Assembly: GCA_014377785.1 (NCBI GenBank)
Contig: JACMOZ010000268.1
Coordinates: 5,424 to 69,423 of the forward strand
Source of the DNA: Aeromicrobium sp.
GTDB lineage: Bacteria > Actinomycetota > Actinomycetes > Propionibacteriales > Nocardioidaceae
DNA: 64,000 nt
Direction of reading: 5' to 3'
Shown: one piece after another, positions 39,064 to 49,754 of the stretch
Layout: each line of letters opens with the position of its first letter
Position numbering within the stretch: the stretch's first letter is position 1
The notes under the pieces: model-generated
Told to the model about the DNA's origin: nothing
Databases searched by the model: none
What the model saw: only the letters and a program-made list of their open reading frames with translations
Translations under genes and position numbers: made by a program

Positions 39064-42000
39064 TGCCAAAGCGGCAAGACATTTCCTCGGTCCTCGTCAT
39101 CGGCTCAGGGCCGATTGTGATCGGCCAGGCCTGCGAATTCGATTACTCCGGCACCCAAGCCTGCCGCGTCCTGCGCGACGAAGGCATTCGTGTCGTCCTC
39201 ATCAACTCCAATCCGGCAACGATCATGACCGATCCCGAATTTGCCGACGCCACGTATGTCGAACCGATCACTGCCGAATTCGTCGAAAAGGTCATCGCCA
39301 AGGAACGTCCCGATGCGTTGCTCGCGACCCTCGGCGGCCAGACCGCCCTCAATGCGGCCATTCAGTTGCACGACAACGGAGTCCTTGAGAAATACAACGT
39401 CGAACTCATAGGTGCTTCCGTTGAGGCCATCGAAAAAGGTGAGAACCGCGAATCCTTCAAACGGGTCGTCGAGGGATTGCCTGCCGAGTGGGGCGCCGAA
39501 GTCGCCGATTCGGTCATTTGCCACTCGATGGACGACTGTCTCGCCGCGGTCACGGAACTTGGTTATCCGGTCGTCGTCCGCCCCTCCTACACGATGGGCG
39601 GCTCCGGTTCGGGCATGGCCTACAACGAGGAAGACCTGCACCGTATCGCCGGTTCGGGTCTCGCGCTGAGCCCTACCACCGAAGTGCTGCTCGAAGAGTC
39701 GATCATCGGCTGGAAAGAATACGAGCTCGAAGTCATGCGCGACAAGGCCGACAACGTCGTCATCGTCTGCTCGATCGAGAACTTCGATCCGATGGGCGTA
39801 CACACCGGCGATTCGATCACCGTAGCCCCGGCCATGACGTTGACCGACGTCGAATACCAGCGACTTCGCGACATCTCGATCGGCGTCATTCGCGAAGTCG
39901 GCGTCGACACCGGCGGCTGCAACATCCAGTTCGCGGTCAACCCCCAAGACGGCCGCATCGTCGTCATCGAGATGAACCCGCGGGTGTCCCGTTCGAGCGC
40001 CCTCGCGTCCAAGGCGACCGGCTTCCCGATCGCCAAGATCGCCGCCAAGGTCGCAATCGGCTACACCCTCGACGAGATCCCCAACGACATCACGCAGGAG
40101 ACACCGGCAAGTTTCGAGCCCACGCTCGACTATGTCGTCGTCAAGGTGCCGCGTTTCGCCTTCGAGAAGTTCCCGGCCGCCGATTCGACCCTCACCACCC
40201 ACATGAAGTCCGTCGGCGAGGCCATGGCCATCGGCCGCAACTTCACCGAGGCTCTCAACAAGGCGCTTCGTTCGCTCGAACGTCCCGGAGCCTCCTTCAG
40301 CTGGGCCGGCGAGCCTGGGGACAAGGCCGAACTCCTGTCTGACATCGCCCGACCCCACGACGGCCGGATCAAGCTCGTCATGGACGCAATTCGCGCCGGG
40401 GCAACCCCTGATGAAGTCTTTGAATTCACCAAGATTGATCCGTGGTTCGTCGACCAGCTGTTCCTCATCAACGAAGTCGCCACCGAAGTCGCCGAATCCC
40501 GCGAACTCAGCCCGACGGTCTTGCGCAAGGCCAAGCGCCACGGCTTGTCCGACGCGCAGATCGGCGAGATCCGCGGCATGCGCGAAGACGTCGTGCGCGG
40601 AGTACGCCACGCGCTCGGCCTGCGGCCGGTCTATAAGACGGTTGACACGTGTGCGGCTGAATTCGCGGCCAAGACGCCCTACCACTACTCATCCTATGAC
40701 GAGGAAACCGAAGTTGAACCGCGCACGAAGCCGGCCGTGCTGATCCTTGGCAGCGGTCCCAACCGTATCGGCCAGGGCATCGAATTCGACTACTCCTGTG
40801 TCCACGCCGCACTCGCACTTTCCGAGGTCGGCTACGAGACCATCATGGTCAACTGCAATCCCGAGACGGTCTCGACTGACTACGACACCTCGGACCGTCT
40901 TTACTTCGAACCGCTCACGCTCGAAGACGTGCTCGAGATTGTGCACGCCGAATCTCAGGCCGGCCCGATTGCCGGCGCCATCGTGCAACTGGGTGGCCAG
41001 ACTCCGCTCGGTCTCGCCGCCGGCCTCGAAGCCGCCGGTGTCCCCATCGTCGGTACGTCGCCCGCGGCCATCCACCTTGCGGAGGACCGCGGTGCGTTCG
41101 GCAAAGTACTGGCCGCCGCCAATCTGCCGGCACCCAAACACGGCACCGCCACGACCTTTCCGGCGGCCAAGGCGATCGCCGATGAAATCGGTTATCCGGT
41201 GCTGGTCCGGCCGTCCTTCGTCCTCGGCGGCCGGGGTATGGAAATCGTCTACGACGAAGAGACGCTGAAGGAATACATCAACCGCGCGACGACGATCTCG
41301 CCGGCGCACCCGGTTCTGGTGGACCGATTCCTTGACGACGCCATCGAAATCGACGTAGACGCACTTTATGACGGTGAGGAGCTGTTCCTCGGCGGCGTGA
41401 TGGAACACATCGAGGAAGCCGGCGTACATTCGGGCGACTCGTCGTGCGCCCTCCCGCCGATCACCCTGGGCAGCGCCGACATCGAACGCATCCGCGAATC
41501 GACCCGGGCCATCGCCGACGGCGTCGGGGTGCGTGGACTTATCAATATCCAGTTCGCGATGTCCTCCGACGTTCTGTATGTCCTCGAGGCCAACCCTCGG
41601 GCGTCCCGCACAGTTCCGTTCGTCTCCAAGGCCACCGCAACCCAATTGGCAAAGGCCGCGGCCCGGCTCATGCTCGGCGAATCCATATCCGAACTCCGCA
41701 AGGCCGGCGTCCTGCCCGAACACGGCGACGGCGGACATATGCCCGAACACTCGCCGGTCGCGGTCAAGGAAGCAGTCATGCCGTTCAACCGTTTCCGCAC
41801 CTATGACGGTAAATACGTCGACACGCTCCTCGGCCCGGAAATGCGATCGACAGGTGAGGTGATGGGCATCGATTCCGGCTTCGGCATAGCCTTCGCCAAG
41901 GCACAGGCCGGCGCACAGGACGGATTGCCGACTTCGGGCAAGGTATTCGTGTCCGTCGCCAACCGCGACAAACGGCACATGATCTTCCCGATCAAACGGC

Positions 42001-42380
42001 TTGCCGATCTTGGCTTCGAAATTCTCGCCACCAGCGGGACTGCCTCGGTGCTCCGGCGCAATGGTGTCAATGCCACAGTAATCCGCAAACTCACCGAGGT
42101 TGCCGTCCCAGGCCAGGACGCCGACACTATTGTCGAGAAGATCCACCACCACGATGTCGGCCTGATCATCAACACTCCGCACGGCGTCACGACCGGTGGC
42201 AGCCCGCGCATCGATGGCTACGAGATCCGTACGGCCGCCGTTGCCGAAGGCATCCCGTGCATTACGACTATCCAGGGCCTGGCGGCCGCGGTCCAAGGTA
42301 TTGAAGCCCTGATCTCGGGAAGTATTGGGGTCAAATCGCTGCAGGAATGGGCGCTGCACTTGGCAGGGGAGACCGCGTGA
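39063..42380 (+). CDS. carB: Carbamoyl-phosphate synthase large subunit
   Basis: 1105 aa with duplicated ATP-grasp halves ([17 protein letters not shown] / [17 protein letters not shown]) and a C-terminal MGS-like domain. Confidence 0.97.
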   Translation: MPKRQDISSVLVIGSGPIVIGQACEFDYSGTQACRVLRDEGIRVVLINSNPATIMTDPEFADATYVEPITAEFVEKVIAKERPDALLATLGGQTALNAAIQLHDNGVLEKYNVELIGASVEAIEKGENRESFKRVVEGLPAEWGAEVADSVICHSMDDCLAAVTELGYPVVVRPSYTMGGSGSGMAYNEEDLHRIAGSGLALSPTTEVLLEESIIGWKEYELEVMRDKADNVVIVCSIENFDPMGVHTGDSITVAPAMTLTDVEYQRLRDISIGVIREVGVDTGGCNIQFAVNPQDGRIVVIEMNPRVSRSSALASKATGFPIAKIAAKVAIGYTLDEIPNDITQETPASFEPTLDYVVVKVPRFAFEKFPAADSTLTTHMKSVGEAMAIGRNFTEALNKALRSLERPGASFSWAGEPGDKAELLSDIARPHDGRIKLVMDAIRAGATPDEVFEFTKIDPWFVDQLFLINEVATEVAESRELSPTVLRKAKRHGLSDAQIGEIRGMREDVVRGVRHALGLRPVYKTVDTCAAEFAAKTPYHYSSYDEETEVEPRTKPAVLILGSGPNRIGQGIEFDYSCVHAALALSEVGYETIMVNCNPETVSTDYDTSDRLYFEPLTLEDVLEIVHAESQAGPIAGAIVQLGGQTPLGLAAGLEAAGVPIVGTSPAAIHLAEDRGAFGKVLAAANLPAPKHGTATTFPAAKAIADEIGYPVLVRPSFVLGGRGMEIVYDEETLKEYINRATTISPAHPVLVDRFLDDAIEIDVDALYDGEELFLGGVMEHIEEAGVHSGDSSCALPPITLGSADIERIRESTRAIADGVGVRGLINIQFAMSSDVLYVLEANPRASRTVPFVSKATATQLAKAAARLMLGESISELRKAGVLPEHGDGGHMPEHSPVAVKEAVMPFNRFRTYDGKYVDTLLGPEMRSTGEVMGIDSGFGIAFAKAQAGAQDGLPTSGKVFVSVANRDKRHMIFPIKRLADLGFEILATSGTASVLRRNGVNATVIRKLTEVAVPGQDADTIVEKIHHHDVGLIINTPHGVTTGGSPRIDGYEIRTAAVAEGIPCITTIQGLAAAVQGIEALISGSIGVKSLQEWALHLAGETA

Positions 42381-43192
42381 GTTTTGGTTCCCGCGCCCGC
42401 GCCGCGATGACCGCATACGGGCCGGCGTGTGTCGGCATCGATCCGCATGCGTCGTTGCTTGATGACTGGGGCTTGACCGATTCGGTCGAGGGACTCGACC
42501 GTTTTGCCGCCACCGCTGTCGAGGCCTTCGCCGGACACGTGGCGTTCGTCAAGCCGCAGTCGGCCTTCTTCGAGCGCTTCGGCGCCAAGGGAGTGGCGAT
42601 CCTCGAACGCACCATCCAGGACTTGCGGCACACGGGCACGCTCGTCATCCTCGACGTCAAACGCGGTGACATCGGCTCCACCGCTGCCGCGTATGCCGAT
42701 GCCTACCTCGACGAAGACGCGCCGATGGGATGCGACGCCATCACGGTTAGCCCGTTCCTCGGCTTCGGTTCGCTGCAACCGTTTTTCGACGTTGCCGAAC
42801 GCAACGATGCCGGCGTCTTCGTCCTCGCGTTGACGTCCAACGAAGAGGGGCACGAAGTGCAGCACGCCCGCTCCGGTGGCGAGACCGTCGCCGGCAGCAT
42901 CCTCGCGCAATTGGCCGCCCTCAACTCCGGTGCGTCGCCGATGGGTTCCTACGGTGCCGTGGTCGGTGCGACGATCGGCGCTACCGAAGAAGACCTCGCC
43001 ATCAACGGGCCACTGTTGGTGCCCGGTTTCGGAGCGCAGGGTGGCACCGTTGAGGACATCGGCCGGTTGTTCGCCGGTGTCCTCGACAACGTCATACCCG
43101 CCACGTCCCGCGGAATACTGGCCGCCGGACCCGATGTGCAGAAATTGCGCGAAGCAGCCCGCGAAGTGAACCGGATCCTTGTAGGGTCGTGA
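42377..43192 (+). CDS. pyrF: Orotidine 5'-phosphate decarboxylase (type 2)
   Basis: The long actinobacterial form, with motifs [20 protein letters not shown] and [11 protein letters not shown] 42377 overlaps the carB stop (GTGA). Confidence 0.92.
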   Translation: MSFGSRARAAMTAYGPACVGIDPHASLLDDWGLTDSVEGLDRFAATAVEAFAGHVAFVKPQSAFFERFGAKGVAILERTIQDLRHTGTLVILDVKRGDIGSTAAAYADAYLDEDAPMGCDAITVSPFLGFGSLQPFFDVAERNDAGVFVLALTSNEEGHEVQHARSGGETVAGSILAQLAALNSGASPMGSYGAVVGATIGATEEDLAINGPLLVPGFGAQGGTVEDIGRLFAGVLDNVIPATSRGILAAGPDVQKLREAAREVNRILVGS

Positions 43193-43275
43193 GCGGGCGC
43201 CCGCGCTTGTTCATCGCCGTGGCCAGCCATTAGGCTGGGCGGGATTTGATGCTTTAAATGCCGAGGAGTTCGTGG

Positions 43276-43710
43276 ATGAAACGTGCAAGTGTCGCAGTGG
43301 CCGTCGTGATGACTGCAGCAGTCACACTGACTGCATGTGGCGGCAGCAATGCCTATTGCGACACCGTCAAGGGCGGGGAGAAGACGCTCAACACGTTCGG
43401 CCAGACTCGCACAGACAAGGCCTATCAGGGCTATGCCGATCTGTTGAGCAAGATCGCGAAGGTCGCACCCACCGGCGTCAAGAGCGACTGGACCACATTG
43501 TCGGCAAAGACGGACGGCGTGCTCAAGGCGCAGAGCGCCGTGGGCTTCAAACTCGAAGACATGACCGACACCAAAAAGGTCGCCGCAACTCTCAAGGCAG
43601 CCGACCTCAAGATGCTCAATGGCGCCTACACGGCTTTCAACGGCACGACTAAAGAACGCGCCGCCGTAGTGAAAAATGTCAAACAGGAATGCAAGATCAC
43701 GCTGAAGTGA
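43276..43710 (+). CDS. Small secreted lipoprotein of unknown function (paralog of 5307..5774)
   Basis: ATG 43276 lies 7 nt after GAGGAG. The lipobox is AVTLTA-C. The mature N-terminus is CGGSNAYCD and the C-terminus QECKITLK, the same architecture as the copy after secF. Confidence 0.75.
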   Translation: MKRASVAVAVVMTAAVTLTACGGSNAYCDTVKGGEKTLNTFGQTRTDKAYQGYADLLSKIAKVAPTGVKSDWTTLSAKTDGVLKAQSAVGFKLEDMTDTKKVAATLKAADLKMLNGAYTAFNGTTKERAAVVKNVKQECKITLK

Positions 43711-43741
43711 CAGTGCTTTCCGATCTAGATGAGGTGATGTT

Positions 43742-44062
43742 GTGGCACTTCCCATACTGACTCCCGAACAGCGTCAAGCCGCCCTTGTGAAGGCAGCCCA
43801 CGCGCGGCAATTGCGCGCCGAGGTCAAGAATCGGCTGAAACATTCGGGCGCGACGCTCTCCGAGGTGATTACCGAATCTCGGGTCAACGAGATCATCGCC
43901 AAACTCAGGGTGATCGATTTGTTGCAGTCGATGCCCGGCGTGGGCAAGGTTCGCGCCAAGGAGATTATGAGCCGCATCGGCATCGCCGACAGCCGCCGAC
44001 TTCGTGGGCTGGGCGCTAACCAGATTTCTGCGCTGTTGCGCGAGTTCAAAGATCGTGGTTGA
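43742..44062 (+). CDS. mihF: Integration host factor MihF (actinobacterial type)
   Basis: 106 aa starting [21 protein letters not shown], with [17 protein letters not shown]. It lies directly upstream of gmk-rpoZ, as in mycobacteria and streptomycetes. Confidence 0.92.
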   Translation: MALPILTPEQRQAALVKAAHARQLRAEVKNRLKHSGATLSEVITESRVNEIIAKLRVIDLLQSMPGVGKVRAKEIMSRIGIADSRRLRGLGANQISALLREFKDRG

Positions 44063-44645
44063 CCAGGCTGCCCTGGTCGTTCCATCTCGCCTGATCGTCC
44101 TCGCTGGCCCTACCGCCGTTGGCAAAGGCACCGTTGCTGCGTGTGTGCGTGAATATCACCCCGAAATCTGGATCTCGGTGTCAGTCACGACGCGCAAACC
44201 ACGACCCGGCGAGGTCGACGGTTATCACTACCATTTCATCGACGATGACGCTTTCGATGAGTTGATCGCCAGCGACGGTCTACTCGAGTGGGCTGTCGTC
44301 CACAAAGCCGCCCGTTATGGCACGCCTCGGTCCGCGGTCGAAAAAGCCCTCGCCGCCGGTAAATCGGCGCTCTTGGAAATCGATCTGCAGGGTGCACGCC
44401 AAGTGCGTCGTCGTATGCCGGGGGCCTTTCTTTGTTTTCTTGCGCCGCCGAGCTTCGAGGAACTTGTACGTCGTCTCATTGGCCGCGGAACCGAGGATTC
44501 GGCCGAACGTGAGCGACGCTTGGAGACCGCCCGGGAGGAAATGCGGGCCGAAAGCGAATTCGATGTCACCATCGTCAACACCGATGTCCGCATTGCTTGC
44601 GAAGAATTGGTAGACTTGTTCAGTTCCGGCAGCAGCCGGTTGTGA
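44055..44645 (+). CDS. gmk: Guanylate kinase
   Basis: P-loop GPTAVGKGT and the [21 protein letters not shown] motif are present. GTG 44055 overlaps the mihF stop. Confidence 0.93.
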   Translation: MVDQAALVVPSRLIVLAGPTAVGKGTVAACVREYHPEIWISVSVTTRKPRPGEVDGYHYHFIDDDAFDELIASDGLLEWAVVHKAARYGTPRSAVEKALAAGKSALLEIDLQGARQVRRRMPGAFLCFLAPPSFEELVRRLIGRGTEDSAERERRLETAREEMRAESEFDVTIVNTDVRIACEELVDLFSSGSSRL

Positions 44646-44669
44646 ATCTCTAAAACTTTGTGAGGCCAA

Positions 44670-44942
44670 GTGTCTGGGACCCGTTCTGTCGCTGAAGGCA
44701 TAACCAACCCGCCGATCGATGATCTGTTGTCCAAAACAGACTCGAAGTACAAACTCGTTCTCTACAGCGCCAAGCGTGCTCGTCAGATCAACGCCTACTA
44801 TTCTCAGCTCGGCGAGGGCCTGCTGGAGTATGTCGGTCCGCTGCTCGAGACCCACGTCCAGGAAAAGCCGCTGTCCATTGCCTTGCGCGAAATCGATGCC
44901 GACTTGCTGACGTGTGAGGACATCGAGCCCGAGGAGTCCTGA
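44670..44942 (+). CDS. rpoZ: DNA-directed RNA polymerase subunit omega
   Basis: 90 aa with the motif [31 protein letters not shown]. Confidence 0.94.
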   Translation: MSGTRSVAEGITNPPIDDLLSKTDSKYKLVLYSAKRARQINAYYSQLGEGLLEYVGPLLETHVQEKPLSIALREIDADLLTCEDIEPEES

Positions 44943-44956
44943 CTCCTCGCTTCGGT

Positions 44957-45006
44957 GCAGTTGTGATGAGTGCAGTTGTCATGAGTGGGGGGTTTTGTCA
45001 TGAGTG
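44957..45006 (+). repeat. 15-bp tandem duplication plus a third partial copy spanning the coaBC start
   Basis: GCAGTTGTGATGAGT (44957-44971) and GCAGTTGTCATGAGT (44972-44986) match at 14 of 15 positions. A third partial copy, TTGTCATGAGTG (44995-45006), contains the predicted coaBC ATG 45000. Confidence 0.7.
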
Positions 45007-46202
45007 AGATCGTCCTCGGTGTCACCGGTGGAATCGCCTCATACAAAGCCGCAGAGCTTTTGCGGCTCTTCACCGAATCCGGCCACAGCGTCCGTGTTGT
45101 CCCCACCGAGTCGTCGCTCAAATTCGTTGGAGCGGCGACATGGGAGGCACTGTCTGGCAAACCCGTCCAGACCGGTGTCTTCGACAACGTCGATCAGGTC
45201 GCCCATGTTCGGATCGGACAATTGGCCGACCTGATAGTCATTGCTCCGGCGACGGCCAACACGCTGGCCAAGGCCGCACACGGCCTTGCCGACGATTTGC
45301 TGACCACCACTCTTCTCACAGCCCGTTGCCCGATCGTGTTTGTGCCGGCGATGCATACCGAGATGTGGGAACACGCCGCGACCCAGGCTAATGTCTCCAC
45401 TCTCCGTTCCCGTGGAAATCTCGTGGTCGAACCGGCCGTTGGCCGACTGACCGGCAAGGACAGCGGCAAGGGACGGATGCCCGATCCGCAGCGGATCTTT
45501 GAATTCGCACTACAAGCCTTGGAACGCCGCGCGCACGATCTTGCGGGTAAACATGTATTAATCTCGGCGGGCGGCAGTCGTGAGTACCTCGACCCGGTGC
45601 GGTTCCTTGGCAATCGTTCGTCAGGTCGCCAAGGTTTCGCACTTGCCGAAGCCGCGATTGCCCGCGGGGCCGTTGTCACGGTCGTCGCCGCCAACGTCAA
45701 GCTTCCGGCACCTGCCGGTGTCGAGATGGTCACGGTAGTGAGCACCGAAGAGCTGCGTAGGCAGATGCATCGTCTGGCGCCCGATGCGGACGCGATAGTG
45801 ATGGCGGCCGCCCCCGCGGACTTCCGTCCCGCCACGTGCGCCGAGGCCAAAATCAAGAAAAACGCCGAAGGCATCGCGCCGGTCATCACCCTCGTCGAAA
45901 ACCCCGACATCCTCGTCGAGCTCGTCACCGCGCGGATGAGCAAACGTCCCGTGATCGTGGGCTTCGCCGCTGAAACCGGTGACGCAAATGCCACCGTCAT
46001 CGAACATGCTCAGGCCAAACTCGTCCGCAAAGGCTGTGACCTGCTCGTCGTCAACGACGTCAGCGGTGGCCGGGCATTCGAGCAGGCCGACAACGAAGCG
46101 GTCATCCTCGGCGTCGACGGATCGGTCGACCATGTGCCGTTCGGTCCTAAAATTATCCTCGCCCATGCGATCTGGGACGCCGTTGCCCAGCGTCTGGACT
46201 AG
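45000..46202 (+). CDS. coaBC: Bifunctional phosphopantothenoylcysteine decarboxylase / phosphopantothenate--cysteine ligase
   Basis: Flavoprotein N-domain (LGVTGGIASYKA) and CoaB C-domain (ISAGGSREYLDPVRFLGNRSSG). ATG 45000 is preferred; GTG 44985 is an in-frame alternative. Confidence 0.93.
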   Translation: MSEIVLGVTGGIASYKAAELLRLFTESGHSVRVVPTESSLKFVGAATWEALSGKPVQTGVFDNVDQVAHVRIGQLADLIVIAPATANTLAKAAHGLADDLLTTTLLTARCPIVFVPAMHTEMWEHAATQANVSTLRSRGNLVVEPAVGRLTGKDSGKGRMPDPQRIFEFALQALERRAHDLAGKHVLISAGGSREYLDPVRFLGNRSSGRQGFALAEAAIARGAVVTVVAANVKLPAPAGVEMVTVVSTEELRRQMHRLAPDADAIVMAAAPADFRPATCAEAKIKKNAEGIAPVITLVENPDILVELVTARMSKRPVIVGFAAETGDANATVIEHAQAKLVRKGCDLLVVNDVSGGRAFEQADNEAVILGVDGSVDHVPFGPKIILAHAIWDAVAQRLD

Positions 46203-46260
46203 TCACCTTGTGGCGTTTCATGCGTTATAGAATCAATAGTCGTCCAACTCAGGAGAAATA

Positions 46261-47454
46261 GTGAGCCGCTTCTTCACGTCCGAGTCCGTCACCGAAGGAC
46301 ATCCGGACAAAATCGCCGACCAGATCAGCGACAGCATCCTCGACGCCCTGCTTGCGCAGGATCCCAAAAGCCGCGTGGCCTGCGAGACGTTCATCACGAC
46401 AGGCCTTATCGTCGTCGGCGGTGAGGTGACGACCGAGGCTTATGTCGACATCGCCAAGATCGCGCGTGATCGTGTCCTCGAAATCGGTTACGACTCGTCC
46501 GTCAAGGGCTTTGACGGTGCCTCCTGTGGCGTGCAGGTCACCCTTGACGCACAGTCGCCCGACATTGCTCAGGGCGTCAACACTGCGTTCGAGGGCCGCA
46601 CCGAGGGCTCGGCCGATCCGCTGGACCTTCAAGGTGCCGGCGATCAGGGACTCATGTTCGGCTTCGCCGTCGACGAGACTCCTGAACTCATGCCATTGCC
46701 GATCACGATCGCGCACCGCCTTGCCGAGCAGTTGACGGCAGTTCGCAAAGACGGCACGCTCCCTTACCTCCGGCCCGACGGCAAGACCCAGGTCACGGTC
46801 GAATATGACGACAACGACAAGCCCATTCGCATTGACACCGTCGTGGTTTCGTCGCAGCACGAAGACGGCATCGACCTCGACACTCAGCTCGCCGCCGACG
46901 TCAAAAAGCATGTTGTCGACGTCGTCCTCGATAATTTCGAGATCGACCACTCCGACTACCGACTGCTCGTCAATCCGACCGGCAAGTTCGTCATCGGCGG
47001 CCCTATGGGCGACGTCGGACTGACTGGTCGGAAGATCATTGTTGACACCTACGGCGGCTACGCCCGCCACGGTGGCGGCGCCTTCTCCGGCAAAGACCCC
47101 TCAAAGGTCGACCGCTCTGCTGCCTACGCGATGCGTTGGGTTGCCAAGAACATCGTCGCTGCCGGCCTCGCCAGCAAGGTCGAGGTCCAGATTGCCTACG
47201 CCATCGGCAAGGCGCAGCCGGTTGGCTTCTATATCGAAGCCTTCGGCACCGAGACGGTGCCGGTCGACAAGATCCGTGAAGCCGTCCTTGAGGTCTTTGA
47301 CCTGCGTCCGGCCGCGATCATCCGCGATCTCGATTTGTTGCGACCGATCTATGCCCAGAGCGCCGCTTACGGCCACTTCGGTCGTGAGCTCGACGACTTC
47401 AGCTGGGAAAAGACCAACCGCGCCGAGGCGCTCAAAGCCGCAGTTTCCGCTTAA
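46261..47454 (+). CDS. metK: S-adenosylmethionine synthase
   Basis: 397 aa with motifs [22 protein letters not shown] and [16 protein letters not shown]. Confidence 0.97.
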   Translation: MSRFFTSESVTEGHPDKIADQISDSILDALLAQDPKSRVACETFITTGLIVVGGEVTTEAYVDIAKIARDRVLEIGYDSSVKGFDGASCGVQVTLDAQSPDIAQGVNTAFEGRTEGSADPLDLQGAGDQGLMFGFAVDETPELMPLPITIAHRLAEQLTAVRKDGTLPYLRPDGKTQVTVEYDDNDKPIRIDTVVVSSQHEDGIDLDTQLAADVKKHVVDVVLDNFEIDHSDYRLLVNPTGKFVIGGPMGDVGLTGRKIIVDTYGGYARHGGGAFSGKDPSKVDRSAAYAMRWVAKNIVAAGLASKVEVQIAYAIGKAQPVGFYIEAFGTETVPVDKIREAVLEVFDLRPAAIIRDLDLLRPIYAQSAAYGHFGRELDDFSWEKTNRAEALKAAVSA

Positions 47455-47463
47455 AGGTTCGGC

Positions 47464-47497
47464 GCCGCCTCGCTGAGCGTGTGCCCAGCGAGGCGGT
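47464..47497. terminator. Hairpin between convergent metK and the PhoX-like gene (candidate bidirectional terminator)
   Basis: GCCGCCTCGCTG (47464-47475) pairs with CAGCGAGGCGG (47486-47496) around a 10-nt loop, giving 11 perfect GC-rich base pairs. No strong U-tract is present on either strand. Confidence 0.5.
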
Positions 47498-47516
47498 GCT
47501 TGCCTGAAGGGCAGTT

Positions 47517-49598
47517 CTAGCCGCGCCGTCTGCGCTTGGGCCACACGGCCACGACCGAGGGCCGGGGCACCGATCCGGCGCCGTCGGGCCATTGCGATGC
47601 CGGGTTTTGGACAGATGCTCCGTCGATCTCACCAGGGTGTTGTACACACACCATGACGCGTTGCCGGTCGATCCACGGGCCGCACGTCTCGGCGCCGTTG
47701 GGAACGGTCAGGAACTGTTTGACCTGACCGCGGTACTTGCCTTCGACGGCAACTCCGAACAGCCCGTCGTGTGAGCCGAGCTTGTTGCCGTCGGTGGAAA
47801 TCCACAGGTTTCCATAAGGATCGAAGGCAAGGTTGTCCGGGCAGGAGATCGGCGATACCTGGTCCTTGTCGAAGCCGCCAAAATAGCTGCCAGCGTCGTT
47901 CGGGTCTCCGCAAAGCAAAAAGACTCGCCAGGCGAATGAGGTCGAACCGGAGTCATTGCGCTCTTCGACGACCTCGAGAACGTGTCCGTGTTTGTTGCGA
48001 CTACGAGGATTGGCCTCGTCGGGACCCGCAGCCTTACCGAGGACGCCACGATCGGTGTTATTGGTCAGCGCCACATAAACCGTGCCAGTCCTGGGGTTCG
48101 GTTCGATGTCCTCGGGGCGGTCCATCTTGGTGGCGCCCATTTTGTCGCCAGCCTGCCGGGTGAACAGCAGCACCTCCTCGGCCGTCATTCCGGGAACGAA
48201 CGACGTATTGCCGTGGACCAGCTTGATCCACTCACCTGTGCCGTCGAACGCACCGTCGTCAGGCAGCGCGCCGCTGCCGTCAATTTCGGCCGTCGGCGAA
48301 TTGCCGGTGAACTTGGCAACGTACAACGTTCCGTGATCGAGCAGCTCGGCGTTGTGCTTACGCGCCCGGCGCCCCTTGCCGGCGACCACCTTTTCATCGG
48401 AGACGAATTTGTAGAAGTAGTCGAAGCGCTCGTCGTCGCCCATATAGATAGCCACCCGGCCGTCTTTGGTTATGCGGGGTTGTGCGGCCTCGTGTTTGAA
48501 GCGGGCCAGCGCGGTGCGCTTCTTCGGCGTCGAGGTGGGGTCGTAGGGGTCTATTTCGACGATGAAACCGAATCGGTTGGCCTCGTTCGGCTCCTGGGCA
48601 AGATCGAAGCGCGCGTCATACTTTTCCCACTGGCGATCCGAAGCCTGTCCGGAGATTCCATACCGTTTGAGGCGCGCCGCCTGAACGGTGTCGCTCAACT
48701 TTGAGGCGTTGGCGAAGTACTGGTTGAAGTTCTCTTCAGCGCTCAGCCAGGTGCCCCAGGGGGTGAGGCCGCCTGCGCAGTTGTTGAGGGTGCCAAGGAC
48801 AGTCTTGCCCTGCGGGTCCGCCGTTGTCTTGACGTAGGACGAACCCGCGGCCGGCCCGGTGAGTTCGAATTCGGATCCCGTATGGAATCGGCGGTTCAGC
48901 ACGTGGCCGACGACCGGCTTCAACGCCCCGGTGGTGTGACTTTCCTTGACGGTGACAACGGTGAGCCCGTGGGCTGCCCACGCCACCTCAACTTGTTCGC
49001 GGGTGGGGTTTTCCTCGTCGTAACCCGGCAGCATGAGGATCTCGTCGGTGTACTCGTGATTGACCATCATCACCTGGGTGTCGCGCCCGAGGGGCAGCAA
49101 ACCAAGGAAGTCGTTGTTGTAGCCGAACTGGCTCTGCTGCGTGGCGCCAGTCTGATTGTTGACGTCGAACTCCGGAGAGCCATGGAACAGCCGGTCTCCC
49201 CAGCCGATCACGACGTCTTGATTGAAACCGCTGGGGATGACGACCTCGTCGAGCGTGTTGGGGGCAACGCTGGCGAAATCCAGGCCGCGAGCCGAGCCGG
49301 GCCCCGAACCCTTGACGGGGGGCGCGACCTTGAGGGTGGCGGCGGCAACAGGGGATTGACCGACGGCGATAGCGGCGAGACTCGTCGCAGAAATCACGGT
49401 TCCGGCGCGCAGCAGCCCTCGGCGGGATACCGAAGCGGCGAGGATGTCGCCGAAATATGAATTGTCGGACTCATTCGGAGCCTCGTGCGCGCAAGCGTTG
49501 CCGCAGCGGAAACGACAAGTGAGTGCTGCGCGACCTGAGTGGCGCGCCGGCGAGTCGACGATGGGTAGAAGCGATCGCGGTGTTAGTTGTTCGGTCAC
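47517..49598 (-). CDS. PhoX-family (DUF839) secreted phosphatase, Tat-dependent
   Basis: 693 aa from GTG 49598, which lies 6 nt after GGAGGAG. It has a twin-arginine motif SRRGLLRAG and a beta-propeller-type body with PhoX-like segments (MVNHEY, DRPEDIEPNP, ISCPDNLAFD). The track ORF extension to 50075 overlaps priA. Confidence 0.85.
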   Translation of the reverse strand: MTEQLTPRSLLPIVDSPARHSGRAALTCRFRCGNACAHEAPNESDNSYFGDILAASVSRRGLLRAGTVISATSLAAIAVGQSPVAAATLKVAPPVKGSGPGSARGLDFASVAPNTLDEVVIPSGFNQDVVIGWGDRLFHGSPEFDVNNQTGATQQSQFGYNNDFLGLLPLGRDTQVMMVNHEYTDEILMLPGYDEENPTREQVEVAWAAHGLTVVTVKESHTTGALKPVVGHVLNRRFHTGSEFELTGPAAGSSYVKTTADPQGKTVLGTLNNCAGGLTPWGTWLSAEENFNQYFANASKLSDTVQAARLKRYGISGQASDRQWEKYDARFDLAQEPNEANRFGFIVEIDPYDPTSTPKKRTALARFKHEAAQPRITKDGRVAIYMGDDERFDYFYKFVSDEKVVAGKGRRARKHNAELLDHGTLYVAKFTGNSPTAEIDGSGALPDDGAFDGTGEWIKLVHGNTSFVPGMTAEEVLLFTRQAGDKMGATKMDRPEDIEPNPRTGTVYVALTNNTDRGVLGKAAGPDEANPRSRNKHGHVLEVVEERNDSGSTSFAWRVFLLCGDPNDAGSYFGGFDKDQVSPISCPDNLAFDPYGNLWISTDGNKLGSHDGLFGVAVEGKYRGQVKQFLTVPNGAETCGPWIDRQRVMVCVQHPGEIDGASVQNPASQWPDGAGSVPRPSVVAVWPKRRRRG

Positions 49599-49754
49599 GG
49601 GTGTCTCCTCCAGATAAATGGCATACGACTGCACGCTATTTAGGCGCCTGCTCCGTTGTACAAACGCGGGATGAACACCAAACAGACATTGACCGAAATG
49701 GGTCAGCACGGTCGCCTGACCATGCGTGTCGGCTGCAACTGATACAACTTCAGC

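Noticed and set aside
39105-42416. Very long ORFs antisense to carB (526 aa and 575 aa). Similar antisense or alternative-frame ORFs occur elsewhere, for example 841..1608, 7278..8573, 20757..21767 and 26171..27556.
   Set aside because: They lie fully inside strongly supported conserved genes on the other strand. Their translations are Arg/Gly/Asp/Val-rich low-information sequences, typical of stop-poor frames in GC-rich DNA, and no family motifs are present.
46203-46260. A SAM riboswitch upstream of metK.
   Set aside because: The gap is only 58 nt and contains just a TATAGAAT -10-like box and an SD. That is too short for any SAM riboswitch class.
49599-49754. PhoP/Pho-box direct repeats in the PhoX-like/priA divergent region (for example GGTCAATGTCT and GTTCATCCCGC on the - strand).
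   Set aside because: Only two loose matches to the GKTCAYYYRSG-type unit are present, and they are spaced 18 nt apart rather than at the 11-nt periodicity. This is not distinguishable from chance without a genome-specific matrix.
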